From an uncultured Methanosarcinales archaeon (GTDB taxonomy: Archaea; Nanobdellota; Nanobdellia; Woesearchaeales; DSVV01), in the NCBI GenBank assembly GCA_964556185.1, contig CAZKVI010000001.1:7165-71164 (forward strand): a DNA stretch of 64,000 nucleotides, read 5' to 3'. Position 1 is the first letter of the stretch. Each line of letters begins with the position of its first letter. Below, piece by piece: positions 48,532-59,534 of the stretch. Under the pieces are notes generated by a model that ran no database searches, was not told the origin of the DNA, and saw nothing but the letters and a program-made list of their open reading frames with translations. Position numbers and translations under genes: made by a program.

Positions 48532-49359
48532 TTACAAAACCATCTTTGTTATAGACCAATCAATAAACACATCTGATATTGCATTCAAGTGATTGTAAAT
48601 TCTTTTCATTTCTTTTTCATTTATTAAATTAAAGAAAGTTTTGCATGCTTCAATATCTGAATCTTTCATAACTTTCTGAATTAATTTTAATATTTCTGAT
48701 AATTGTTTAAGTTCTTCTTTTGAAAGATCTCCTTTTACAACATGGTCTGCTATTTTTTCTAATTGAGCAGAAATTTCAACAATATAAAATAATTCAATAT
48801 GTTTTAATTTTGAAGGTCTTTTGAAAGTTAAGGTTCCCATTGCTGATTTTCTAATTGAAATATTATTTCTGTCAATTTCTTCTTCATATCTTTCAACAAG
48901 GTCTTTATTATGATCATCACTTATCAAATTAATCATGCTTAACATTTTTCTTACAATCATTGATAATAATACATCAGGTTCTTCAGAATATGTTGGACTT
49001 TCGCAAGTAATTTCTTTATTATTAAATTCAACAAAGTCAATACCTCCCATGTGTTCTTTAAAATGTAAAATATCTGCTGGGTTAATATCTTTGTCTAATT
49101 TGATTTTAAATGATTTTAATGGATTTAAGAAAGCTGCTTTAATGTAATTGTTGATGAATCTAGAGTCTCCATTTGGAACATTAATAACTAAGGATTCTTC
49201 TGGTTTTTCAGTGCCAAATACAGATAGCATTAATTTTCCATCTGGAGAGACATTTAGTTCAACTTTAGAATCCAATGCTATACTATTTTCCTTGCACCAC
49301 TGCGCTGGTAAGTACACATAATATGTACTTCCTGATCTTTGTATATTTCTTAGTTCCAT
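48532..49359 (-). CDS. AbrB/SpoVT-type DNA-binding domain protein with a PhoU-like C-terminal region (archaeal PhoU-type regulator, tentative).
   Basis: MELRNIQRSGSTYYVYLPAQWCKENSIALDSKVEL is a swapped-hairpin N-domain typical of archaeal PhoU homologues. EEEIDRNNISI resembles the PhoU motif. Confidence 0.45.
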   Translation of the reverse strand: MELRNIQRSGSTYYVYLPAQWCKENSIALDSKVELNVSPDGKLMLSVFGTEKPEESLVINVPNGDSRFINNYIKAAFLNPLKSFKIKLDKDINPADILHFKEHMGGIDFVEFNNKEITCESPTYSEEPDVLLSMIVRKMLSMINLISDDHNKDLVERYEEEIDRNNISIRKSAMGTLTFKRPSKLKHIELFYIVEISAQLEKIADHVVKGDLSKEELKQLSEILKLIQKVMKDSDIEACKTFFNLINEKEMKRIYNHLNAISDVFIDWSITKMVL

Positions 49360-49501
49360 ATATACAAGTAGCTAGGGGTGCCTATTTAAGGCTACCCTAT
49401 ATAGTCTACGGAATCTATATATATTACGAATAGTACTTATATCACTAAGAGGTGGTAGAATATATAAGAAAAAGTAAAAAAGCGCTAAAATAGCCGAAAT
49501 C

Positions 49502-51157
49502 CTACATCCCAGGCATTCCACCCATTGGAGGCATGCCTCCTGGTGGCATATCTCCGCCTTTGGCTCCGCCTGATGCAATTACATCGTCGATTCTAAGTAT
49601 CATCTGTGCGACTTCTGCTGCAGAACTTACTGCTTGTGTTTTAATACGTAAAGGTTCTACAACGTCTTTTTTCCAGGCATCAACTACTTTGCCTGTAAAA
49701 ACATCTACACCAGCCCATTTCTTTAGTTTGTCATGAGATGATTTTAACTCAGTTAAGACATCAATTGGATCTAAGCCTGCATTTTCTGCAAGTGTTCTTG
49801 GAATTACTTCAACTGCATCTGCAAAAGCAGTAACAGCTAATTGTTCTCTACCAGATAAACTTTCTGCGAACTTTCGTAAATTCCTGCTAAGTTCCATTTC
49901 AACAGAACCAGCGCCTGCAACGACTTTTCCATCTTGTAATGCTGCACGAACATCTCCAAGAGCATCTTCAACAGCTCTTTCAACTTCGTCAGTAACATGT
50001 TCTGTTCCACCTCGAAGTAAGATTGTAACAGCTTTTGGGTTTTTGCAATTTTCAATATAAACCATTTCTTCGTCGCCAACTTTTCTCTCGTCAACTGCTC
50101 CGCATTTTCCAAGATCATTTTTGCTTAGATCTTCTAAATTTGTAACAATTTTTGCACCAGTTGCTCTTGCTAATGCTTCCATATCTGATTTTTTTACACG
50201 TCTAGTGGCAAAGATTCCTTCTTTTGCTAAGAAGTGTTGTGCAAGATCATCAATTCCTTTTTGGCAAAATATTACAGTTGCTCCAGAATCTTTTATTTTT
50301 GCAACCATGTTTTTTAACATTGTTTCTTCTTGATCCATAAATTGTTGTATTTGAGCTGGATCTGTAATTTGTATCTTTGCATCAATTTCAGTGCTTTTAA
50401 TTTCTAATGCAGAATCAACTAATGCAATTTTTGCATTGTCTACACGTCTTGGCATTCCTGAATGAACTTTTTCTTTATCTAAAACAATTCCTTTTATCAT
50501 TTCAGATTGTTCAATAGATGCACCTGTTTTTTTCTCAAGTTTTACATCTTCACTATCTATTAACAATTCGTTGTTTTCTTTTTCCATTACTGCTTTTGTT
50601 GCTTTAACAACTAAATCAGCAAGATGTTCTTTAGAAGTTTCTGCACCTTTACCTGTCATTGCAGTTATTGCAATCTTTCTTAATACTTTGTCATCATTCT
50701 CACTTATTTTTTCAGCAACATTTTCTAAAATTGTTTGTGCTTTTTCTGCTGCTAATCTATATCCTCTTGCAATTAATGTAGGATGAATATTTTTTTCAAT
50801 TAAGTCTTCTGCATTTTTCAGTAATTCGCCTGCTAAGACTACTGCAGTTGTTGTACCATCACCAACTTCATTTTCTTGGGTTTTTGCTACCTCAACTATC
50901 ATTTTAGCTGCTGGATGCTCAATTTGCATTTCTTCTAGAATTGTGACTCCATCGTTTGTAACAACTACATCTCCTAATGAATCTACTAACATTTTATCCA
51001 TTCCTTTTGGACCTAAAGTTGTTCTAACTGTCTCAGCTACTAGTTTAGCAGCCATAATATTGTTTCTTTGAGCTGTTCTACCAGTTGTCCTCTGACTTCC
51101 TTCTGGTAAGATAAAGATTGGTTGTACTTGATCATTTGCCATATTAATTTCCCCCAT
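49502..51157 (-). CDS. ths: Thermosome subunit (group II chaperonin).
   Basis: [45 protein letters not shown] and a C-terminal [12 protein letters not shown] tail. Confidence 0.92.
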   Translation of the reverse strand: MGEINMANDQVQPIFILPEGSQRTTGRTAQRNNIMAAKLVAETVRTTLGPKGMDKMLVDSLGDVVVTNDGVTILEEMQIEHPAAKMIVEVAKTQENEVGDGTTTAVVLAGELLKNAEDLIEKNIHPTLIARGYRLAAEKAQTILENVAEKISENDDKVLRKIAITAMTGKGAETSKEHLADLVVKATKAVMEKENNELLIDSEDVKLEKKTGASIEQSEMIKGIVLDKEKVHSGMPRRVDNAKIALVDSALEIKSTEIDAKIQITDPAQIQQFMDQEETMLKNMVAKIKDSGATVIFCQKGIDDLAQHFLAKEGIFATRRVKKSDMEALARATGAKIVTNLEDLSKNDLGKCGAVDERKVGDEEMVYIENCKNPKAVTILLRGGTEHVTDEVERAVEDALGDVRAALQDGKVVAGAGSVEMELSRNLRKFAESLSGREQLAVTAFADAVEVIPRTLAENAGLDPIDVLTELKSSHDKLKKWAGVDVFTGKVVDAWKKDVVEPLRIKTQAVSSAAEVAQMILRIDDVIASGGAKGGDMPPGGMPPMGGMPGM

Positions 51158-51268
51158 TTGATAATTATTTCTTATAGGCAGTGAATTTAGGGTATTTTAT
51201 AAATCTTTGTCTTATTTTAAGGTAAATTAGGATAAACTTTTTATATGTGAACCACACTGAAATATTAC

Positions 51269-53383
51269 ATGAAAAAGGGATGGGTAATTTTAGCATTGAT
51301 TATTTTGTTTCTAGTACCTATAGTTAGTGCGAAAATCACTATTTTGAGTCAATATAATGATTTTTATAATTACGGGGATACTCTAAGTATAGATGGTTAT
51401 ATTTTGGCAGAGACTAATATTGATGATGATGTTAAAATAACTTTAGATTGTGAAGACTTTTCAGATGAAAAGACTTATGATCTTGTTACAATAGCTGGGC
51501 AAAAGGTTGATTTCTCTACTTTTGGAGCAGAAGACTTTACAATTCCAGATAATGCAGGCAAACAAGAATGTAAATTTCAAATTACATATGGGCCAGATGG
51601 TGTTAATTCAGAATTATTTGAAATTACTAAAGATTTAGATGGATTTTTTGTATTAGAAAATTCAGAATTAGAATTAGGAGATAATTTAGTTGTGAATGGG
51701 TATGTGTTTAAACAAAATGGAGAAAATGTGGAGTCAGGAGATGCAGTAATATTTGTAGATGAGGGTGATGAATTAAAATCATTAGGAAGTGTTGAAATAT
51801 TAGATGGGCTTTTAAGTTTTAATGAACAATTAGTGGATATTAGTGCAGGGGTTTATTCTTATGGTGTTAGGGTTACAGATGATAATGGAAATAGTTATGA
51901 GTTTGAAGATTATGGAATATTTAGTGTTGAAAGTCATATTGATTTTACTGTAGAAGTTTCTGATGATGTATTAAATCCAGGGGAAGAATTTACAGTTTAT
52001 GGACAAGTTGAATCTGATAATGCAGTAACTGTATCAGTGTTATATGATGAAGTTTATGAAGCAGAAGTAGCAGAAGACAATTCTTATTCTGTTACATTGA
52101 CTGTTCCAGATAATGCTGCACCACAAGTACATGAAGTTCAAGTTACAGTAGAAGATAGTTTTGGGAATTCAGGTACAAGTTCAACTGTTATATATGTAAA
52201 TCAAGTTGCAACATCATTGGAAAATGTATTAAGTAGTGTAGATTTTTTACCAGCTGAAACTTTAACAGCAGCTACAAAAATACTTGATCAAACAGGAGCA
52301 GAAATGACAGGAAAGGTAGATATTGTGGTTTATGATCCTAATGGAGGAGAACTTTATTCTGGTCAACATTCTGCTGGAGAAGAGATTGAATTTGTATTTG
52401 CAAAATATAGTTTACCAGGAAAATATGAGTATGATGCAAGGTATGAAGAACTTGAAAAACTTACTGAGTTAGAGATTGCAAAAGTTGAAGAAACATCATA
52501 TTATGTTAGAGGAGATGTTTTATATTTTACAAATGAAGGAAATGTTTTGTATGAAGATACTGTAACTGTATATTTAATTAGTGTTGTTGATGGTGATAAA
52601 AGAACTTATGTTGTTGAAGAAGATGTTTCATTACAACCAGGAGGAAAAACACAAATAGATCTTTCTGAAGAAGTTCCATCTGGGGAATATGAAGTTGTCG
52701 TCGACGATGGCTTAGGCACAATAGATATTAGTAAAATAGATGAGGAAAGTTTAGCTACAGTAATTGAATCAGAAATTCCAGAAGAAGAAATTGAAACTGT
52801 TGAAGTAAGTTCTGATAATAGACCACTTATGAAGAAATTTAATCAAGGCATTTCATCTGTAACAGGTGCAGCAGTTATTGAAACAGAAGAGAAAGGTATT
52901 TTTTCAACTTTGTTGTATATTTTAGTAATTGTGTTAGTTGTAGGGGTATTAGGAACATATGTTTATAGGAATTATGATGGTTGGATGGATGGATTGAATA
53001 ATTGGTTAGAAAAAGATATGAAAAAACCAACTGGAAAGAGTCAGGTTTTTGATAAAGGAGTAGCATACAAACAACCATTTAAATTATTAAATGAAAAAGA
53101 AGAAGTTAGGAAAACTGTTGTTGCTCCAGAACCAGTTAATGTAGATGAAGCAATTCCTACAGAGAAAAAAGGTTTTGATCCTTCAACAATTAAAAGACCA
53201 GAGTGGCCAGGTGAAGAAGATAAGCCAGAGATAAAAGACAAAGAATCAGTTGAAGAAGAACAAGGTGAAAAGACTGAAGAGACTACTGAAGGTAAGTTCT
53301 GGGATGAGAATGCTAAAAAAGCACCATTAATTGATGATCTTGATCAATTAGAAAAAGATTTTATTGATGAAAAAGATGTTTAA
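51269..53383 (+). CDS. Secreted surface (S-layer-like) protein with a C-terminal TM anchor and an acidic cytoplasmic tail.
   Basis: Signal peptide, long Ig-like beta-rich ectodomain, TM (LLYILVIVLVVGVLGTYVY). Confidence 0.45.
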   Translation: MKKGWVILALIILFLVPIVSAKITILSQYNDFYNYGDTLSIDGYILAETNIDDDVKITLDCEDFSDEKTYDLVTIAGQKVDFSTFGAEDFTIPDNAGKQECKFQITYGPDGVNSELFEITKDLDGFFVLENSELELGDNLVVNGYVFKQNGENVESGDAVIFVDEGDELKSLGSVEILDGLLSFNEQLVDISAGVYSYGVRVTDDNGNSYEFEDYGIFSVESHIDFTVEVSDDVLNPGEEFTVYGQVESDNAVTVSVLYDEVYEAEVAEDNSYSVTLTVPDNAAPQVHEVQVTVEDSFGNSGTSSTVIYVNQVATSLENVLSSVDFLPAETLTAATKILDQTGAEMTGKVDIVVYDPNGGELYSGQHSAGEEIEFVFAKYSLPGKYEYDARYEELEKLTELEIAKVEETSYYVRGDVLYFTNEGNVLYEDTVTVYLISVVDGDKRTYVVEEDVSLQPGGKTQIDLSEEVPSGEYEVVVDDGLGTIDISKIDEESLATVIESEIPEEEIETVEVSSDNRPLMKKFNQGISSVTGAAVIETEEKGIFSTLLYILVIVLVVGVLGTYVYRNYDGWMDGLNNWLEKDMKKPTGKSQVFDKGVAYKQPFKLLNEKEEVRKTVVAPEPVNVDEAIPTEKKGFDPSTIKRPEWPGEEDKPEIKDKESVEEEQGEKTEETTEGKFWDENAKKAPLIDDLDQLEKDFIDEKDV

Positions 53384-53397
53384 TGTAGTTCTATAAT

Positions 53398-53940
53398 TTG
53401 ATTAAAATGATAATAACAATTTCAGGTTCAGCAGGTTCTGGAAAGAGCACTGTGGCTAAATATATTGCAGACAAATTAGATCTAACTCATTATTCTAATG
53501 GAGATTTAATGAGGCAAATGGCTAAAGAAAAAGGGGTTTCTATTTTAGAATTAAATAAATTAAGTGAGAATGACAAGAGTATTGATAAAGAATTAGATGA
53601 AAGACAAATAAGATTAGGTAAAGATGATAATAATTTTGTAATTGATTCTAGATTGGGGTTTCATTTTATACCAAATTCTTTCAAAGTATTTTTGAAGGCT
53701 GATTTACGAGTTAGGGCTGAGCGTATTTTTGGCGATCAAAGAGCAGAAGAGCGTAATACAGATATTATGCACACAATTGAGAATATTGAGAAACGCCAAG
53801 AATCTGAGAAACTTAGATATAAAGAATTGTATGGAATTGATTATACAGATGAAGCTAATTTTGATCTAGTTGTAAATACTACTGATAAGACTATTGATGA
53901 AGTAGGCGAAGAAGTTCTGAAGGCAGTTAAAGGCATTTAA
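53398..53940 (+). CDS. cmk: Cytidylate kinase, archaeal type.
   Basis: P-loop ITISGSAGSGKSTVAK. Size and architecture match archaeal CMP kinase. Confidence 0.6.
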   Translation: MIKMIITISGSAGSGKSTVAKYIADKLDLTHYSNGDLMRQMAKEKGVSILELNKLSENDKSIDKELDERQIRLGKDDNNFVIDSRLGFHFIPNSFKVFLKADLRVRAERIFGDQRAEERNTDIMHTIENIEKRQESEKLRYKELYGIDYTDEANFDLVVNTTDKTIDEVGEEVLKAVKGI

Positions 53941-54039
53941 ATAGTAATCTTTATAAATAACCACTTCTAAACATCAATTTAGACTTCTTGAGAACTTTCG
54001 GGAGGTAGTTTTGAGAATCATAATAAAAGGTAATGAAAA

Positions 54040-54687
54040 ATGGCAATAAAAGAAAAAGATTTTGTTGAAATTGAATATACAGGTAAGTTAAAAGACGAGG
54101 ATTTAGTCTTTGATACAACAGATGAGAAACTGAGCAAAGAAGCAGGTATTCATAATGAGAATACCACATATGGACCAGTTGTAGTATGTATTGGTGAAGG
54201 TCAACTTCTTAAAGGTCTTGATGATGACTTAATTGGTAAAGAAGCTGGCAAAGAATATACAGTAGATATTCAACCAGAAGATGGTTTTGGTAAGAAAAAA
54301 GCAGACCTAATCCATTTAATAGGTACATCAAAGTTCAAAAAAGAAGGAATTAATCCAGCACCTGGTATGCAAGTTAATGTTGATGGTGCTTTAGGTATAA
54401 TCAAAACAGTAACTGGTGGTAGAACATTAGTTGATTTTAATCATCCTTTATCTTCAAAAGAATTAGTCTATACATTTAAGGTTAATAAAATTGTAGATGA
54501 TGACTTAGAAAAAGCTAGTGCTTATCTAAAAGTCCAAACAGGGGCAAAAGATGTCACTGCTACATTAGAAAACAATGAGCTTAAAGTGAAGATTGGAGAA
54601 GAAATTCCAGAGGAGTTTCAGGAAAAAATGAATGAGAAATTAACAGGACTTATACCTGCTATAAAGAAAGTTACTTTTTCAAAGTAA
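54040..54687 (+). CDS. FKBP-type peptidyl-prolyl cis-trans isomerase (long archaeal SlyD-like form).
   Basis: DFVEIEYTGKL...VFDTT...GPVVVCIGEGQLLKGLDDDLIGKEAG...LVDFNHPL is strongly similar to archaeal FKBPs. Confidence 0.75.
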   Translation: MAIKEKDFVEIEYTGKLKDEDLVFDTTDEKLSKEAGIHNENTTYGPVVVCIGEGQLLKGLDDDLIGKEAGKEYTVDIQPEDGFGKKKADLIHLIGTSKFKKEGINPAPGMQVNVDGALGIIKTVTGGRTLVDFNHPLSSKELVYTFKVNKIVDDDLEKASAYLKVQTGAKDVTATLENNELKVKIGEEIPEEFQEKMNEKLTGLIPAIKKVTFSK

Positions 54688-54755
54688 GTAAGGAAAACCT
54701 TTAAATAAATAAACATCTAGGAGATTTTTGGGAAAGAGAGGGAAGATCCTTTGAG

Positions 54756-56156
54756 GTGGAATTAATGGAATCCTTTATAAATAATGCAATGGAAAGAGAT
54801 AAAGAAGAACAAGAAGATAATCAAGAAGAAAATAATCCAGTAATTAAAGATCTGGATGAAACCCAAACTTCTGAAGATGAATATCCAAAAGATGACTATG
54901 TTAATGAATATAGTAAACCAGAGGAAGCTCAAGTTCAAGAAGAAGAATCAGTAGTTGAAACTGATCCAGAACCAGTTGTAGAAGAAGAGAAACAAGAAGA
55001 GGTTAAGGAAGAAGAACCTGAACCTGAAAAACCTGAAGTTAAAAGAGAAATACCAGAGGTTAAATCTGTGCCAAAACAAGAAGTAAGAACAACATCAAAA
55101 CCAATGAGACAACATGAACTTGATGCAGAGCTTGAAATGTTATTAGCTAAGCAAAAAGCAACTGTTAAAGTTATTGGAACAGGTGGTGGTGGTAATAATA
55201 CTATTAATAGAATTACAGAAGTTGGAATTGAAGGTTCTGAAACAATTGCAATGAATACAGATGCTCAAGATTTATTATACACAACAGCTGATAAGAAAAT
55301 TTTGCTAGGAAGGGAATTAACAGGTGGCCTTGGTGCTGGAAGTATTCCAAAGATTGGTGAAGAAGCTGCTATGGAAAGTGAACAAGATATTAAGCATGCA
55401 TTACAAGGAGCAGATATGGTCTTTGTTACATGTGGTCTTGGAGGAGGAACCGGTACAGGTAGTGCACCAGTTGTTGCATCTGTTGCAAAAAAATTAGGAG
55501 CATTAACTGTAGCTATTGTTACTTTACCATTTTCAATGGAAGGTAATAGAAGATATGATAATGCAATTCTTGGATTAGAAAGACTCCAAGAAACAGTAGA
55601 CACATTAATTGTTATTCCAAATGATAAATTACTGGAATTAGCACCAGATTTACCAATGCAAACAGCATTTAAAGTAGCTGATGAAATTTTAACTAATGCA
55701 GTTAAAGGTATTGCAGAATTAGTTACAAAAGCAGGGCTAGTTAATCTAGATTTTGCAGATATTAGGGCTGTTATGGGTAATGGTGGAGTTGCTTTAATTG
55801 GTGTTGGAGAAAGTGACACTGAAAATAGAGCAACTGAAGCAGTTGAAAGAGCTATTAATAATCCTTTACTTGATGCAGACATTACAGGAGCTAATGGAGC
55901 TTTGATTAATGTTGCAGGTGGTCCTGATATGACTTTAGAAGAAGCAAGACGAGTTGTTGAAAGTGTTTCAGAAAAACTCGATGAAGATGCTAGAGTTATT
56001 TGGGGAGCACAAATTGCTGAAGATCTTTCAGGTATGATAAGAACAATGCTTATTGTAACTGGAGTTAAATCTAGTCAAATTCTTGGCGGAGTTAAAAAAC
56101 CAAAAACAAAAGACCAGAAAGAAGCAGAAATGGAGTTAGGAATCGAATTTATGTGA
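54756..56156 (+). CDS. ftsZ: Cell division GTPase FtsZ with a ~130-aa acidic N-terminal extension.
   Basis: [13 protein letters not shown], the tubulin signature [18 protein letters not shown] and the T7 loop. Confidence 0.88.
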   Translation: MELMESFINNAMERDKEEQEDNQEENNPVIKDLDETQTSEDEYPKDDYVNEYSKPEEAQVQEEESVVETDPEPVVEEEKQEEVKEEEPEPEKPEVKREIPEVKSVPKQEVRTTSKPMRQHELDAELEMLLAKQKATVKVIGTGGGGNNTINRITEVGIEGSETIAMNTDAQDLLYTTADKKILLGRELTGGLGAGSIPKIGEEAAMESEQDIKHALQGADMVFVTCGLGGGTGTGSAPVVASVAKKLGALTVAIVTLPFSMEGNRRYDNAILGLERLQETVDTLIVIPNDKLLELAPDLPMQTAFKVADEILTNAVKGIAELVTKAGLVNLDFADIRAVMGNGGVALIGVGESDTENRATEAVERAINNPLLDADITGANGALINVAGGPDMTLEEARRVVESVSEKLDEDARVIWGAQIAEDLSGMIRTMLIVTGVKSSQILGGVKKPKTKDQKEAEMELGIEFM

Positions 56157-56168
56157 TTAATAAAAAGA

Positions 56169-56369
56169 GTGATAACCATGGAAGAAGTAAAACCATCATT
56201 AATGAACAAAGGAATGGCATTTCTTCGTGAATGCCGAAGAGTATTAACAGTTACAAAGAAACCAACATCAGAAGAATTTAAAGCTATTGTTAAAGTTTCA
56301 GCTTTAGGTATGGCAGTAATTGGTTTAATTGGTTTTACAATCCAAATGATAAAGATATATTTCTTTTAG
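56169..56369 (+). CDS. secE: Protein translocase subunit SecE / Sec61-gamma.
   Basis: 66-aa protein with a single C-terminal TM. It sits in the conserved ftsZ-secE-nusG position. Confidence 0.6.
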   Translation: MITMEEVKPSLMNKGMAFLRECRRVLTVTKKPTSEEFKAIVKVSALGMAVIGLIGFTIQMIKIYFF

Positions 56370-56378
56370 GTGTAAAAA

Positions 56379-57299
56379 ATGTCAGATGAAAACAATGAAC
56401 AAGAAAAGGTCAATGAACCTGAACAAGAATCAACAGAAGTTTCCGAAGGAAACGAAGAAGTCGAAAAGACTTCTGAAGTAGTTGTTGAAGAGAAAGTAGA
56501 AGAACCAACAAAAGAAGAAGCAACAGAAGAAGTGAAAGCTCCAGCAGAAGAGAAGAAAGAAGAAGCAGTTGAAGAAGAAACAGAAAACAAAGAAGAAGAA
56601 CCAGCTGTTGACGAAGTCAACAAAGAAGCGCCAGCTTCTGTTGAAGAACCTCAAGAAGCTCCTGAGGTTGTCGACGAAACAGAGAAAGAATTCCTTGCTT
56701 CTGTAAAAGAAGATGTAGAAGAAGCAAAGAAAGAAAAAGAAGAAAAGAAAGCTGAAGAAGAGAAAGAAAAAGCTGAAGCTGAAGAAGCATCTGATAAAGA
56801 AGAAGATGAACACTCAATCTCTACAAAAATATTTGCATTAAGAACAACTGCAAATAGAGAAGATCAAGTTATGGATTTCTTAGGAAGTAATATTACAAAG
56901 AAAAAACTTGCAGTTTATTCTATCATAAGACCTCATGGAATGAGGGGTTACATTTTTATGGAAGCAGACAAAAGGATTGAAGCAGAACAAGCTGCATTTA
57001 ATGTTCCTTATGCTAGAGGAGTTTTAGCAAATGAAATTCAATACAAAGAAATTGAACATATGTTAGAACAAGTCAAAAAAGATGTCAATATTCAAAAGAA
57101 TGACATTGTTGAACTTATTTCAGGTCCTTTCAAAAGAGAAAAAGCAAAAGTTAGTAGAATTGATAAAACCAAGGAAGAAGTTGTTGTTGAATTACTTGAA
57201 GCAGCAGTACCAATTCCAATTACTGTTAGATTAGATGCAGTAAAGGTTATTAGAAGAGATACTGAAGAATCTGAAGAAGGCGAAGAACAAGAAGAGTGA
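56379..57299 (+). CDS. spt5: Transcription elongation factor Spt5 (NusG) with a ~140-aa Glu/Lys-rich N-terminal extension.
   Basis: NGN domain (ISTKIFALRTTANREDQVMDFL...GYIFMEAD) and KOW (GPFKREKAKVSRIDKTKEEVVVELL). Confidence 0.75.
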   Translation: MSDENNEQEKVNEPEQESTEVSEGNEEVEKTSEVVVEEKVEEPTKEEATEEVKAPAEEKKEEAVEEETENKEEEPAVDEVNKEAPASVEEPQEAPEVVDETEKEFLASVKEDVEEAKKEKEEKKAEEEKEKAEAEEASDKEEDEHSISTKIFALRTTANREDQVMDFLGSNITKKKLAVYSIIRPHGMRGYIFMEADKRIEAEQAAFNVPYARGVLANEIQYKEIEHMLEQVKKDVNIQKNDIVELISGPFKREKAKVSRIDKTKEEVVVELLEAAVPIPITVRLDAVKVIRRDTEESEEGEEQEE

Positions 57300-57413
57300 G
57301 CTCTTCTATTTTATTTTCTTTATTTTTTCATTTATTCTATATATTTAATTATTAATCATATATGTCATATCGAAGAATATTTATATTAAAACTTCTAGAT
57401 TATTGTAAAAGAG

Positions 57414-58151
57414 GTGAATAAGATAGATGTTGAAGATACTTTAAGGCTTATTAAATATATAAAGCAAGAACAAACCAAGGGTTTTACTAAAGATGAGATA
57501 AGGGAAAAACTACTTGGTTCTGGTTGGCGTACTAAGGATGTTGATAAGTATCTTACAGATTATGTTTTGGAAGGAGACCTTGAGAAAGCCTCTGCTGATA
57601 CTATTGAATTATTTGCAAAATATGGTAAATTCTTATTACCAGGTGAGCAGATTAAATCAACACACATGGTTGGTTTTTATAATGTTGTTTTTACTGAAAA
57701 TAGAGTTATTTTATTAAAGAAATTCCCTAAAAACATATTAGAATTTAATTTCAAAGATATTGAATTAGTTGAATATTATACAGACATACAATGGCTACAT
57801 TTACTTTATTTTCTTGGTTATTTAGTTGGTTCTATGGTTTTCTTTTTTTATCATAGTTTTCTTTGGGAGAATATTGTAATGTTTGCCTCAATTACACAAA
57901 GATTCTTTGATTTCCAACCTTTTTTAGGAATGAATGTTTTAGCTATTTTGATATTTGTATATTTAATTTATATGGCATTAAGAGATCTATATTATTTTAT
58001 AGCTTCTTTTACAGGTAAATTTAGGATAATGCCAAGGGTTATGGGGCCTACAGATATTATGTGTAAGCTTACTGGAGATGTAGAAAGAGTTATCCAAGTA
58101 ATTGAAGAAAAGATCCATGATTATGAGAAAATAGATAGGAAAACTTTATGA
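57414..58151 (+). CDS. Hypothetical membrane protein. Its N-terminal domain is paralogous to the 12167..12736 product.
   Basis: Shared N-terminal ~45-aa motif, a PH-like middle part and 3 TM helices. Confidence 0.4.
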   Translation: MNKIDVEDTLRLIKYIKQEQTKGFTKDEIREKLLGSGWRTKDVDKYLTDYVLEGDLEKASADTIELFAKYGKFLLPGEQIKSTHMVGFYNVVFTENRVILLKKFPKNILEFNFKDIELVEYYTDIQWLHLLYFLGYLVGSMVFFFYHSFLWENIVMFASITQRFFDFQPFLGMNVLAILIFVYLIYMALRDLYYFIASFTGKFRIMPRVMGPTDIMCKLTGDVERVIQVIEEKIHDYEKIDRKTL

Positions 58152-58256
58152 CTCAAATGTTAATCATATAAATCATTCTTAATTGTTTCAAGAATTAATT
58201 ATATTTTCCTATCACAAAATAGAAAAACATTTATATGCTCTCACGTCGACAAGACT

Positions 58257-59534
58257 GTGATTTATATGGTTTCTAATTTAAAATTAAAAAAATCTGATTG
58301 GCAAAAGATTATTTTAGGAATTAGAAAAAAGTTAAATTTGAGTCAAACTAAATTAGCACGAAAGCTTTGTCTAAGTAGACAAACTATTAGCAGATTTGAA
58401 TCTAAACAAAGAATTCCAAATCATAGTTATCAAAAAAAGATCTTGGATCTTATTAGTAATGAAGATTTAGATATTTGTGAGTTAATAAATGAAGGTACAA
58501 AGTATTCCAAAGAGTACATTAAAAGACAGAAAAACGAGAAACTAGATCTAAAAAGATCAGTTGAATTAGCAGAATTAATAGGAATTATTCTTGGTGATGG
58601 TGAAATAATAAGGGATGGTACAATGAGAATCTCTTTTGATCCTAAAAAAGATAAAAATTTCCTTAATAGAAGAGTTATTTTTCTTATAAAACAATTATTA
58701 AACAAGAAAATTACTTATGAAAGCAATAAAAGAATTGCTTTTGGAAATATTGCTTTTGTAAGGTATTTAGAACAAGATTGTGGTTTAAAACCAGGAAGTA
58801 AGTTTGAAAATAATTCACAAATACCTAAGTGGTGTTTTGAAAAACAAGAGTATATTTCAGCTGTTTTAAGAGGATTATTTGATACTGATGGTTATTTTGG
58901 GTATTATGATTTCACTACAGAAATAATGTATGGAAGATTTTCAGATAAATGTACTAATTTAGTTCAAGATATAATAAAAAGCCTTAAGATACTGGGGTTG
59001 AATTCCAGTGTAAAACATACTAAAGATGGAAGATTTAAAATCAGAATATGTAAAAGAACAGATGTTTTGACTTTTTTTGAGAAAATTGGAACCTCAAATA
59101 TAAAACACATTGTTCGGTTCTTATTATGGAGATTTAATAGGTATGAAGCCAAGATTGAATTAGAAGGATTAGCAAACTTAATATTGAAAACAAGGTCCCT
59201 TTACCCAAATATAGAAGCTATACAACTGCCTTTCTTCTGGAATTTGGATAATATATGCTTCAAATCTTATGTACTAGAAGATTTGAATGAAATAGAAGGA
59301 GCACAAATTAAAAATATTTATAAATGGGACATAGTTTCTCGAGACTTAATTAAATATATGGGTAACAATAAGTTAGCAAATATATTTAATATAAATAACA
59401 GAAGTGTTAGAAAATGGCGTGAAGGGAGAAGAATTCCTTCTGACATAAATGCTTCGAAATTGATCAAATTATTAAAAGAGCATAATTTGACTCCAAGTGA
59501 TTATATAATGAAAAATGGCAAAGGAAACAATTGA
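58257..59534 (+). CDS. LAGLIDADG homing-endonuclease-like protein flanked by N- and C-terminal HTH domains.
   Basis: Two LAGLIDADG motifs ~97 aa apart (LIGIILGDGEI and LRGLFDTDGYF). N-terminal XRE-type HTH (LNLSQTKLARKLCLSRQTISRFE) and a C-terminal HTH-like segment (NRSVRKWREGRRIPS). Confidence 0.7.
   Translation: MIYMVSNLKLKKSDWQKIILGIRKKLNLSQTKLARKLCLSRQTISRFESKQRIPNHSYQKKILDLISNEDLDICELINEGTKYSKEYIKRQKNEKLDLKRSVELAELIGIILGDGEIIRDGTMRISFDPKKDKNFLNRRVIFLIKQLLNKKITYESNKRIAFGNIAFVRYLEQDCGLKPGSKFENNSQIPKWCFEKQEYISAVLRGLFDTDGYFGYYDFTTEIMYGRFSDKCTNLVQDIIKSLKILGLNSSVKHTKDGRFKIRICKRTDVLTFFEKIGTSNIKHIVRFLLWRFNRYEAKIELEGLANLILKTRSLYPNIEAIQLPFFWNLDNICFKSYVLEDLNEIEGAQIKNIYKWDIVSRDLIKYMGNNKLANIFNINNRSVRKWREGRRIPSDINASKLIKLLKEHNLTPSDYIMKNGKGNN

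Noticed and set aside
49372-49578. 68-aa ORF overlapping the thermosome 3' end.
   Set aside because: It overlaps the thermosome GGM tail region antisense, and a large part sits in an intergenic AT-rich spacer, so it is most likely spurious.
55265-56817. Antisense ORFs within ftsZ and the spt5 acidic region (55265..55882, 56366..56623, 56430..56813, 56617..56817).
   Set aside because: These are shadow ORFs opposite well-supported genes. The spt5 ones are generated by the GAA/AAG-rich low-complexity repeat.
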